A stretch of DNA of 50,919 nucleotides, filler included, from Basidioascus undulatus (Eukaryota), in the NCBI GenBank assembly GCA_000826855.1. It is 5 parts of 5 records of this genome, joined end to end, with 100 filler letters (N's around TTAATTAATTAA, not from the genome) between each part and the next. Parts side by side here need not be neighbours in the genome. Positions count along the whole stretch, not along the records: positions 24,510 to 26,515 come from JTLS01002991.1; positions 26,616 to 28,618 come from JTLS01002992.1; positions 28,719 to 50,919 come from JTLS01000300.1; 2 more parts are not named here. One strand, written 5' to 3'. The translations under genes and the position numbers were made by a program. The notes beneath the pieces are model-generated. The model was not told the DNA's origin, searched no databases, and worked only from the letters and a program-made list of their open reading frames with translations. Of the stretch, positions 24,889-35,899 are shown in pieces (within the stretch, counting starts at the first letter, position 1; each line of letters starts with the position of its first letter).

Positions 24889-25320
24889 ACTGGCTCCTGA
24901 TAGGACGGAGGGGATTAGAAGGCGGTTGGTTGAGGTGTTGGATTGGGAGAAAGGGGAGCAGAAGGGAGGGTTGACGGTGAGGGGGTTGGGAGTTTCGGTC
25001 GTTTCATTCAAGTGTCTTTTTCGCAGTTGCTTTCTTTGTTTCGTGCATGGTTCATTCTTCATCGCTTTGAGGATGAGAACGATGTGCTAGCATGCTTGTC
25101 ATACAGGCAACACGTTGAAATACGTGCTGTACGAGTCGAGAAGCAGAATACTCGCGACGTGCATTCCTGTGCGATTCGCTCCATTTTCGCGCGTTTTCGA
25201 TCCTGCGTCACTGACTCCGCCCGGTGCGATCTTTTGAGTGTCTTCTCGTTTCGCCTGGGCTTGCCCCATTCACACATCTATCTGGCTTTCCGGCCACACA
25301 CCTCCAGCAGGCCATCCACG

Positions 25321-26515
25321 ATGCCAGCGCCTTCATTCCTACCGCTGCTCAGCTCCGCAGACGCCTCCATGGCGGAGCTCCTCCCCGCCCTCTCTCGCAT
25401 CGGGCCCATCCTCATCCCCTCCTCCCTTCTCGCCGCCGTCCAGCCGTCCCTCCCCCCGCGCACCAACTACCTCGTGCTCGCCTCCTCTGAGGACACCCCC
25501 GAGGCCGCCGCGGGCTGGCTGGACGCGGGTGCGTCGGCGGTCGTTGCCCCCGCGCAGCTCGTGCGCGAGCTCGGCATCCCGAGGGAGAAGGTCCTCCTTG
25601 ATGCCGGGGCGGAGGCGGAAGTACCGGAGGACGTGAAGAATCTAGTGAGCGGGGTGCTTGTCCGCGGGGATGCGGCGCGGGCGGAGGAGGTGCGCAAGAC
25701 GCTCGGCGGGAAGTACGACTACGTGTTCGTCCTTCCCCCCGAGGGGCAGCAGGCGACGGAGGAGCTCGTGCGGTCCACGCATGGGGAGACCGCCGCTTTG
25801 GTCGTCCCGACCTCGTCCCTCACCCTCTCCCCCTCCTCCACCGACAAGCTCTCCCTGACCTCCGCGTTCCTCGCGCCCCTCACGTCCGACCGCCCCGACG
25901 GGCTCTACCCGACGATCGTGTCCTCCTTCCCCGCCTCGGGGCGCTCGCTCGGGCTCGTCTACTCCTCGCGCGAGTCCATCGCCGAGTCGATCTCCTCCGG
26001 CCGCGGGGTGTACCAGAGCCGGAAGCACGGGCTGTGGCGCAAGGGCGAGACGTCGGGCGCGCACCAGGACGTGGTGTCCATCGCGGCGGACTGCGACTCG
26101 GACTGCCTCCTCTTCGAGGTCGTCCAGCACGGCACCGGCTTCTGCCACCTCGGCACGCCGACGTGCTTCGGCGGGCTCCGCGGGCTTGCCGCCCTCGAGG
26201 AGACGCTGGTCAGCCGCAAGGCCGCCGCGCCCCAGGGCAGCTACACCCGCAGGCTGTTTGAGGACGAGGCGCTCCTCAGGAGCAAGATCATGGAGGAGGC
26301 GGACGAGCTGTGCACCGCCCAGGCAAAGGAGGACGTCGCGTTCGAGGCGGCGGATCTGCTCTACTTTGCCCTCACCCGCTGCGTGTCGAAGGGCGTTAGC
26401 CTTGCGGATGTCGAGGCCGCCCTCGACAAGAAGGCCAAGAAGGTCACTCGCCGCCCGGGCAACGCTAAGCCCCAGTGGGCCGCTGCCGCGTCCAAGCAGC
26501 AGACGACTCCTCCCG
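25321..26515 (+). CDS. HIS4: Trifunctional histidine biosynthesis protein (PRA-CH and PRA-PH domains visible; dehydrogenase part lost at contig break)
   Basis: Cyclohydrolase motifs LGLVYSS, YQSRKHGLWRKGETSG, DCDSD and GFCH; pyrophosphatase motifs SYTRRLF, KIMEEADEL and EAADLLYF, followed by KVTRRPGNAK. Confidence 0.93.
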
Positions 26516-26615
26516 NNNNNNNNNNNNNNNNNNNNNNNNNNNNNNNNNNNNNNNNNNNNTTAATTAATTAANNNNNNNNNNNNNNNNNNNNNNNNNNNNN
26601 NNNNNNNNNNNNNNN
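26516..26615. other. Artificial contig spacer
   Basis: N44-TTAATTAATTAA-N44. Confidence 0.97.
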
Positions 26616-26862
26616 CTCCCCCGCCCCGCCGAACCCCCTGGGCGCGACCCGCCAGTTCATGTCCGACGCCTTCGCGCGCGCGCAGAACGACACGGGCGAG
26701 GTGTTGACCCCGCTCCTGTGCCTCGAGGTCGCGGAGCGGTGCTACCTTCCCGACCATGGCGTGTGGGGCCGCGAGCGCTACGCGCGCGCGTTCTGGGACG
26801 TCGTCAACTGGCGCGCTGTTGAAGAGGGGTTCGCGAAGGTTGTTGAGAGGCGGATGGCATAG
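26616..26862 (+). CDS. 3' end of an Fe/Mn-SOD-fold protein lacking metal ligands; likely mitoribosomal mS42/mS43 (Rsm26/Mrp1-like)
   Basis: PLLCLEVAERCYLPDHGVWGRERYARAFWDVVNW follows the SOD C-terminal pattern (PLL.lDvWEHAYy..Y...R..Y...fw..vNW), but the D and H ligands are replaced. Confidence 0.65.
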
Positions 26863-28284
26863 ACGCGAGTGGGAGGAGGAGAGAAGGGGGGCGATGAAGG
26901 GAAGTGGAAGGGGGGGTTGATGAGATTTCTTCTTGCACTGCTTCTTTCCGACGCTGGCTTGGCACGGGATGGGAAGTTGCTTCTTCTGTGAGCGTGCGAA
27001 ACTCAGAAGAGAAGGAGGCATGCTGCTGTGCACACCCTCCGAGATTTGGTCCTTCCCTGAGGCACACCCGATCAAGGCGGCAAGCAAATTGGTTCGCCTG
27101 AGCTTACTGAGGTCGTTCAGCGTAAAATCAAGTTTCACGGGATTCAGTTTTTAGGCTACTCGCACGTCGCTGGAAGAGCCTGAGGCACCCAGGGGAGATA
27201 ATACGGACGTGATCAGGATTCAGATTTTGCGAGAGCAAGGTCGGCCAGTCCCCTTGCGAAATGGGTATGTGAATCGGAGTATGAGTGGGACGGTCGGGAG
27301 GGTGGGTGAGGTAGAGTTGCTGCGCGGGTGCCAGAGCGGTGAAATGACAGGTTCGGTTGTGTCGGAAGACATCCATCATGGCACATGTTGATTCCGAGTC
27401 TGTTTGTGAGCTCCAGTTTCTAGGCTGCCCTGACGTACTGAGCTCAGGAAACGGTCAAGCTGAGCGAGATGGGGTCAGAGTGAAGGCAATCCATGCGAAA
27501 TGAACGCGTTCCCGACCTTGACAAAGGGAGGGTTTTGTGGGGGGGTTAATTAGGTTCTGTAATTTGTGCTATGCTTTTTTCAGTATTCATTGCCGTGATT
27601 GCCTATCGTTTCCTGTTTGGACTTTGCGTCAAAAGCGTTGCTCATTTCTTCTGATGGATGTCCTCCTCGTCTTCTTCCTGTAGTCCTTTTGACCTTTCTC
27701 CTTATGAGATGTCTCATTCAATGTGCGCTTGTACAAGTTCATGTATCTCTTAACGACCTCGATAAACACAACATATGTACAAAGCCCTTGAAAGAGAATG
27801 GAAGCAAGAACGGTTGCGTGCCAGAGACTCCTGGGCACATTGTGGTATCCACACTTGAATGAACCTGGACCTTCTTCCTTGCCGTGTTTTTCCTTGTAAG
27901 TGTGTTACCTAAGGGAGGGGTAACCTTCCCTGCGCCCGGAGTCAGGCTAGCCGCCGAACGGCTAACCTGACGCAGGCGCTGAAAGCGTGCGCCGTGGTCG
28001 AACACGCTCAGCTTCTTGTTTGTCTTTGTTGACTCCACTGCTCTGACCAGGTGTCATGATACCGCTTATGCAACATGTTCAAGATCCAGGTTTGCCCCGA
28101 GCACTTGTGTGCGAAGAGGATCTCGCACGGAAAGAACGGGCACAAGGTCGGGAACCGGCTCGCCGCGTAGGGATGTCTATGTGAGTGATGCACAAATGAA
28201 AAATTAAGCATATCCATGCGCTCACCGCTTTCTTCTCCTAAGCAACCAACCAATCGAATCCATGCACCTCCCTCCTCCACCGAC

Positions 28285-28601
28285 CTACCTCCCCTCTCCA
28301 ACCCCTCCACCACCCTCCGCGGCCTGCTGCTGCTCCTCCAACTCCCGCTTCTTCACCGCGACCCACCTCCGAATATTCGTCTCGCTGGGCAAGATCCCGC
28401 GGCTGCTGAGGTCCTCCCGCGCGCGCCGCCGGACCTCCGTCTCCGTCAAGCGCTGCTTGTGCTCAAAGTCGAGCAGGTGCGCGTCCGCGTTCGTCACGAG
28501 CCCCCAGATCGAGAAGGACGAGACGAGGAAGGCTTTGCCTGCGAGCGTCTGGCGCCGGAACCAGGGGAAGCGCCAGTGGCAGAGAGAGCAGAAGGCGATG
28601 C
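28285..28601 (-). CDS. Last exon of a small mitochondrial membrane protein, Rcf2-N-terminal/Rcf3-like
   Basis: WRFPWFRRQTLAGKAFLVSSFSIWGLVTNADAHLLDFE resembles the Rcf2/Rcf3 pattern (TL..KAFLV.S......ad..l..fE) and is followed by a short charged tail and TAG. Confidence 0.5.
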
Positions 28602-28618
28602 CTGCGGGCAGGCGGGCG

Positions 28619-28718
28619 NNNNNNNNNNNNNNNNNNNNNNNNNNNNNNNNNNNNNNNNNNNNTTAATTAATTAANNNNNNNNNNNNNNNNNNNNNNNNNN
28701 NNNNNNNNNNNNNNNNNN
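28619..28718. other. Artificial contig spacer
   Basis: N44-TTAATTAATTAA-N44. Confidence 0.97.
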
Positions 28719-29848
28719 TCATTCTTGCCACGCCCCTTCTTCTCATTGTCGTCACCGTGCTCGTCATCCTGTTTCTCGTCCTCCCGCCCCTCCTCGCCCA
28801 CCCGCGCGCCCCCGCATATCGTAGCGCGCAGGCTCCTCGCGCTTGTTGATGATGTTACCGGGAGGTTCTGGCCCGGCGCGGAGGAGGTGGATCGCGCGGA
28901 GGTGAAGCGCCGCGCGGCGAGCACGGGAGTGGACGTCGAGGAGACGTGCCCGCCCTTGGTGCTGGTGCTCAGGAACTTGATTGCCGAGGACGAGGGCGCA
29001 CGGAAGGTAGTGAAGGAGGCGTTGGGGCTGGTTGATGTGTGCGTTGGATCGTTCCCATTTATAGTGGTAAGGATGCTAACGCAGTAGGGGTGGGGAACAG
29101 CGACCGAACGATAGCGATGGAGAAGCGCGCGGACCTCACCGGCCGCCTTGCACGCTTACTCTCGAGCAGCCTCTTCCCGTCCACGAAGACCGCGGTGGGC
29201 GAGCTGCTGTTTGCGGTATGCGATAGCGATGGTGCGTCTTTCAGTCTCCACCCCACATCTTCATCAGGCCTCGATCTGACTCTTTTCTCCACTCTCCCCG
29301 TTCCCCGCTTGCCCCCTCTTCTCTCCTCCCTTCTCCCTTCTCCCCTTCCCCCCTCCGTCCTCTTTCCTTTCCGCGTCCCTCCATTTCACCTCTGTCTTCC
29401 CACTCGTCCCTCCCCTCCTCCAGCCCGCGTCCTCACCGAAACAATCGGCTACGGCAATGCCGCCGGCTTCCTCTTCTCCAAAGGCCTCCTCGCCGCGCCC
29501 TCCTCCCAACACCCCTCCACCTCCACCTCCACCTCCGACCGCCCAATCAACCCCATCACGGGCACCTTCGACTCCGCCCCCTCGTCCGACCCGCTCGCGG
29601 ACCTAAGCGAAGCAGAGAAAGAGGCGGAAGCCGAAAAGCTGTTTTTCCTCTTCGATCGGCTGAATAGGACGGGGGTCGTCAAGGTGGACAACCCCATAAG
29701 GGAGGCGGTGGAGAGTGGGCGGTTTGAGGAGCTGGGTGATGGCGAGGAGGGGGAGAAGGAGAGGCTGGAGAGGGAGGAGAGGGAGACGGAGGCGGAGGCG
29801 CAGAGGGAGATGCGGGAGTGGAGGAGCAGGAAGGAGGGGGGGAAGTAA
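28719..29848 (+). CDS. RIC8: Ric8/synembryn G-alpha GEF/chaperone (3' part)
   Basis: Hallmark motifs GELLFAVCDSD, IGYGNAAGFL, INPITG and EKEAEAEKLFFLFDRLNRTGVV..NPI; stop at 29846-29848. Confidence 0.92.
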
Positions 29849-31794
29849 GAGGGGAGGGGAAGGCACTGGACGCTCGCTCTGGACGGCTTATCTAAACGAC
29901 CTCCTTCGTTCCACTTCCGCTCTTCGTAATCCATCACCGACTCGCAACCTCCTCATCCGTTAATATCTCTCATTCCATCGCACCGTTCATACTTAACGCC
30001 TACTTAGCACCGCCATCTTAATCCCCACTGGCTCGCTCGTTCGCTCGTTTTCACATACACGCAGATTCTTCGCACGATTACACTTACATCTATCTGATAC
30101 GTAACACTCGATTCTCGTTTACGCAATTCATCCGAAAATGATCACGCGGGGGCCTTTGGGCAGCGTCGTTGCTGTTGCAGTGAGTGCCTGGTGCAAGGTG
30201 CGCAGGTAGCGGTTGTCGGGGGCGAAGCGCAAGTCGTGTGCGTCGTCCTCCAAGAAAGTCGAAAGTCGTCGTCGTGAGGCGAGGCGATGGAGAGTGCGAG
30301 GAGGCGGGTGAGGTGCGAGTGTCTGACATTGATGGGAAAGAGAGGGCGGCTGCTGTGTAAGAATGACCATTCAGAGTTTTGTCTGTGAGTCTGGGTTGCA
30401 GAAGGTTGGGAAGGAACGGGAAAGGCGAAACGCAAGATGAGCAGTTGGGGGCAGTAACCGCACGAATTTGCGTCTTCATGTCATCCTGCGTTCCCCCTGA
30501 CCATAGTGTGGACATTGGAGGGGATCAAACGGCTACAGACGAACCGTTAACGGTTGTGTGTGGCCGCTGCCGCCGCCATGAAGTATCAGACAGGGAACAA
30601 TGGCAACGCGTGCGAACAGATGCGAACGCCATGGCTCCTCACCCGGGTACAAGGGTTAATACTTCAAAATACAGGATTAAACTGACCCAAATGACATGGT
30701 TTCGAATATGAGCGTAGTGCGTAGGCACTTTGCCATCGTTCTCGTCAATGACTGCCGAGGACGATGGATAGTTCCGGTGAAGCTTGAGCGCCGTCAACGG
30801 GTCAGACATCTCAATAAGGTTATGTGTCCACGTTTTGGTTTCCAATCAGTATTATTCAACCTTACGGTACATTCTGTGAGAGTAAAAGATAGAAGCAGGG
30901 GCCAGTTCGTGTCCGTGGTCTCCTGCTTCGCTGCTCAAGGCGTCTTCAAAGAGAATGAGCTTCTGGGCGTTTGAAGAGATGTTGATGTTCTGGGGATTAT
31001 TCTACCATGCTGAATATCCACCGGTCTTCGGAGGGAGATCAAGCAAGCTTTTCACAGGTACCGTAGCACACTGCAGACTCGGAGGAATCTTTGCGGTATG
31101 ACCTTGCCTCGGCTGGGGGCATCAGGAATTCTGAGCTGTGACTTACAGCTAAAGGTATGGCGGTACAAAAAGGGGTATTGATGGCACTGTGAGTCTCAGT
31201 GCCTCTCTGCCAATGAGATCAAGTCGGCGGGCACGCGCGGACAGCCCAGCGGCGAGCAGCCGAGCATATACTTCTCGGGGACGTCGTCTTGACCCTCTTG
31301 GACTGCTCTTATTTACCGACCGACTGAGACGGCATTTACAACGACAATAACGCCCCAGAACTCACATCATGTACAATCACATCTCGATTCTGCGGTGTGG
31401 ATATGTGGTAGTATACCTATTTGCCCTGATGCTTGCACTACTTCCTAGAGCGAAACGCGTCTCTCCACCCGCAGCGACGCACCCTAGCCTTAAGCTGGGC
31501 CGGCCCTTCGTCCTTGCGCTCTCACCACATCCTTCCTTCAGTTCGATTCCTCAGAGCTTGCGAGACCAGTGGTTGGCCGTAATCGCTCACCGTACGTCCT
31601 CGTCTCCCGAGTTAGCCTCGCCGCCAACGCCAGTCCGCGTCCAGTACCTCGCCCTGCTGCGCGCCTATTGACTACTTCCAACTCATCCATCGCCATGCCT
31701 CGTGCCCGCAGGTTTCTGACCCGTTCCTACACCGACAATCTCTTGCTTTCCCACGCTCCCTACACCACTTCACGCTCTCTTCTGAATCACCCAC

Positions 31795-33835
31795 ATGCAC
31801 GCTTTAGCTTCCGCTCTCGTCGCCGTGTCGGCGGCCAGCACCGTCGTGGCACACGGCTATGTTGACGAGGTAGGTCACGCGTCTTCTGCGAGGGTTTCGT
31901 AAGTCAGGGCTGATGGCGCTGGTTCGAAAGCTTTACATCGGCTCGCAATGGTACCCTGGTTCGAACGTGCGTGCTTCTCTTTCGCGAAGCTTTGGGCGAC
32001 TGCGCTGAACGACGGTCGTCTGCTCCAGGGTGGCACGCCCCGGGATGGGTCGCCTGTTCGTCCCATGCCTGCGGACCTTGCATACGTCTACCCTGTGAGC
32101 TTCATGTTTTACTTCCACGTTGTTCTGCTCGTACTGAACGTCTTGCGCAGAACGACGTCAACTCGGAGTACGCACGAAAACATTGCAGTCCTTGACTACC
32201 CGCTGACTGCCTTACATTAATGCAGCTCTATTGGGTGTGGCTACGTGAGTCCAAAATGGGTCTCTGATTTTCATTGAAGCTGTCGCTGAATCGGTTCGAA
32301 CAGAACGGCAAGAACCCGGTTGAGGTAACGGTCGACATCAACGCAGGTGACAGCGTCACGTAAGTCTTCTGCCCTTCCTCATCGGGCATGCTGTCCACGG
32401 ATGACACTGACTCTTCCCTATTCTCTGAAACAGCCTGCACTGGAAGGGCGACCGCGGTCCCAGCGGCGACGACCACGAGCGCTGGGGTAAGCGCCCACAT
32501 TCAGACGACCGCTCCTGGCAAATACTGACCGTTACTCAATCACCTCATAAACTAGGCCATTACGAGGTGCGTTATCAAGCACTCTTGACCTTACAAGACT
32601 GCCTGTTGACCCATTGGCTTGCAGGGCCCTGAGCTTGACTAGTGCGTATCCGTCCGGTACAGAGACAATGCGACAGGGCTGACGATGCCGCATCTGCAGC
32701 CTGATTCCTTGCGACGGACCTTGCGATCAGTTCTACACTGTGAGTCTCTGCTTCCCCCTGACGCAACATACAAGTAGGCTGAAGACTCTCATCTGCCTGC
32801 AGTGGAAGGAGAACGCCCGCGCCTTCAAGATCGCCGAGAATGGTAAGGCTTCGAGCTTCTCACGACGCGGGCGACGTGATACTGACCTTCGATGCTGCTA
32901 TGCGATAGGTCTGGACACCAGCACCGGCCGTGCGCCCCAGAGCTACTGGCCGACGCAGCCCGCTGGTAAGGGTACCTGGGCCCAGACCAAGCTGTCCGAG
33001 TGGCAGGGCAGCTGGTGGACTGTCACCATCCCCAAGGAGATTCCGTCCGGCGAGGTGAGTCCTGAGATGTCGATCCACCCGGTGCTTCTTAGCTGATCGA
33101 CGGTCGGTAACAGTACCTCCTCCGTCACGAACTTATCTCGTGCGTACAGCTTGCTCACTGTGAAGAATTTGCGCGCTGACATATCCGCTGCCGGACATCA
33201 GGCTCCAGGCTGCCAACGAGTGAGTGTTGGCGCCCGCCCGTGCGTGTGCTCCCCCCAACCGCTTACACGTGCGTCTTCCATAAAAGGCAGTCCAAGGGCG
33301 CCCAGCCCTACCCGGTTTGCATTCAGCGTACGCTGTTTCTGAACCTCCTTGCAATATTGAGACCTGTCTAAGACCCTTCTTCGTAGTCCGCGTTAACAAC
33401 GGCCAGGTTTGCATGCTCTCTTATGTGTCCGCCCGTTGAGACTCCAGTTGAAAGACTCGGTACAACAGGGCGGCAACCCCAACATGACTCCCCTCACTCA
33501 GCTTTACAAGAAGGAGGACATGTTTGTGAACGTGAGTCTGCAGAACTGATTCGAATGCGTTTGACTTCACTTCATTGACATAGCAAACCCAGATCTACCC
33601 CGACGGCAGCCACCCGTAATTATTCCTCGTCGTTCATCTGTTGCGAGAACTGCCTGACTGACGCACCGCGGACAGTGATGGCATCGAGTGGTACACGATC
33701 CCCGGTCCGCCTGTGGTATGTCGTCTTCCAGCTCTCCAAACATGAGCGCACACTCAGGAATACGAGTCACAGTACAACCCCAATAACGAGCGCCGTATGC
33801 GCAAGGTCCGCCATGAGAAGAAGGCCCACCACTGA
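31795..33835 (+). CDS. Secreted AA9 (GH61) lytic polysaccharide monooxygenase, 20 exons
   Basis: 19-aa signal peptide, then N-terminal HGYV. The spliced product includes DVNSDSIGCG, AGDSVTLHW, WGHYEGP..YLIPCDGPC, AFKIAENGLD, VTIPKEIPSGEYLLRHELI, GAQPYPVCIQLRV and YTIPGPPVY, with the stop at 33833-33835. Confidence 0.9.
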
Positions 33836-34295
33836 GGCTCGAAGCCGGTTTGCAGGGCTGCGCGCCTGCACTGCTTTTCTTGTTGTCACGTTGGGGTCTG
33901 CAGCTGGACTGTGATAGCCCCCTTAGGCATTTTAACCATTGAAGTGTGGCAGACAGATATACGTATGCATCAAACTTATGCTTCAGACCGTTATGTCTGT
34001 CTAGGGAAAAGGCATCACCAGGAACACCCTCTGAGAGTGGGCTGACATTCGTCTCCTGAGACTGATCAGAACGCAGAACTGGGGCTTGTTTGACTCAACG
34101 ATTCGCTGCAGAGGTCTTCGCGTGTCCTGTTGGGTTCGACTGTCCACGACCGAGGGCCTGAACTTGGGAATGTGACTGCGCATTAAGTATTGCGGGAAAG
34201 ACTGGACCTGCCGCGGCTGTGGGACTGGTCAACTCTCATTGATGTTCATCGGTTACAGCGGACGCGGCGACAAAAGACTCAGAGGAGCAAAAAGA

Positions 34296-34377
34296 TGTCG
34301 CTGGGCGGAATCGAACTGCCGTCTTCACGGATCAAAGTAACCACAACGTGATGTACTAACCACTATACTACAGCGAC
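34296..34377 (-). tRNA. tRNA-His(GUG) with a 10-nt intron (34331-34340)
   Basis: Acceptor stem GTCGCTG/CAGCGAC, D-arm AGTGGTTAGT, anticodon arm TCACG-TTGTGG[intron]C-CGTGA, T-loop TTCGATT, discriminator A, and a T5 Pol III terminator just downstream. Confidence 0.93.
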
Positions 34378-34906
34378 TCATGTTTTGCCGGGTGGACAAA
34401 ACACTCAGTCCACAAAAACAGGGAAACGAGGTAAAGAAGGCCTAAGGTGAGGAGGGAGCCGAAGCAGGGTGGGACATGCAATGGAGGAGAAGTAGGCCTG
34501 TAGGGGTCTACGTGCTCTTTAGTCACACTTGTCTTTGGGCACGGTGTGTAGCTATTGATTGCACTACTCTTCTGCATTCACAGGGCAGTGAGTGTTCGCA
34601 CATGCTTGCGTTATGCGCCGTAGGGAGGTGCCACAACTAGGGGAACACTTGGAGGAAACTTTATGGATAGAGCCCGCACTGTTGGAGTAGGCAAGCGAAA
34701 AACTCGCTGCATGCAGGCGTCAGAGCAGCGCACATTCATTTTTGGTCACCAACAACGAACGCTTCCCCTCACTGGCGCGCTCTCAACAAAAACTGCAGCG
34801 CCTCCCACCACTCTTCCGACCATTCCGCCCAGAACGACTGACAGTCAAACCAACCAAGCCTGCGGGCAAACCTCGATCGGGATGCACAAAAGAGCCGGCC
34901 CGAGGT

Positions 34907-35620
34907 TCAGCGTCGTCCCTTTTTGAAGGAGGAGCAGAGCAGCTCCTTGATGTCCACGCTCGAGGGATGAAGTAGCGAATGATACCTCAATGTAAGCAGT
35001 GGGAGTGACAATATGTGAAGATTCTGCGCACCGCTCTTGTGGACCCTCGAAGGCCTGCATCGCTCCCGGTCCCTGAGACGAGGCCAGAGTCGACATGACA
35101 GTCTCAAGAGACATAATCTCGTGCTTGACGAGCTCGAATCTTGCGCTCTTCCTGCTGAGCGGGCGAAGCGTATGTGGAGCGCCTGGCGAGCGCAGTTCGA
35201 GCCGTCGATATGCAGGCACAATGGGAAGTAGAACGACCGCGAAGGGCGTCTCGAAGCATGAAGTACCACTTTGATAGTGTCGACAAATGAAAGAACTCTC
35301 TGGCCGTCAAAACCGCCGTCGCTGGCGAGTGAGCTCGAGTCTTTCGGGCGTTTCCGCATAGAGATGTTCGGAGCGCAAGCGTCCTTGTGCTCTGGCCAGT
35401 CCTGGACTTTGCACTCTTTGAAGAAGTATGAGACTGACAGCCAACACGTCAGTTCCAAGTCCACACCGACGATAGAGGAGGGAGCTCACCGCGGTGCTTT
35501 GGGCCTACGTGGGGGACGCGTAGGCGGTGAAAGTGCACGGTGGGGCTTTGGAGCTGAGCACTCCGAAATGATAGGAAGCAGCCTGGGTGCGGCGCCTGGG
35601 GTGGCGATAAGTTTCATGCA
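34907..35620 (-). pseudogene. Degenerate MYND-zinc-finger protein gene
   Basis: SYFFKECKVQDWPEHKDAC (35433-35375) matches the second half of MYND (YCSxxCQxxxWxxHKxxC) with the first Cys lost. No CxxC pairs were found in the upstream exon. Boundaries are approximate. Confidence 0.45.
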
Positions 35621-35899
35621 TGCATTCCAGCCTTTGCTGTTCCCTGCTGCGTGTGAGAAATTGAGAACGCGGAGGTAATGAATCATTTGCCAAGCCGCGC
35701 GTTGTCTAAAGCCTTCGACGACGAAGATCTTACGGCGTTTTTTGTACCTACCTTCCCCTGATCCAATTCTCCACAAGACAATCTTATTAGATGTACACCA
35801 CCTTGTAGGAGTAGATCCTTGCAGAATGGATGCCTTGCAGTTCTCATCGGTGTCGTGATTCTAGTGAACGATTCAAACACGGCATTGCCCGACAGAGCC

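Noticed and set aside
30090..30700. Possible small minus-strand gene downstream of RIC8
   Set aside because: I could not build a consistent spliced ORF.
32556..32640. HYEGP spacing at the second copper His of the AA9
   Set aside because: W-x-H-x-x-G-P spacing is a familiar variant in basidiomycete AA9s and is not anomalous.
25321..34377. HIS4 close to tRNA-His, suggesting a histidine cluster
   Set aside because: The two genes lie on different contigs joined artificially.
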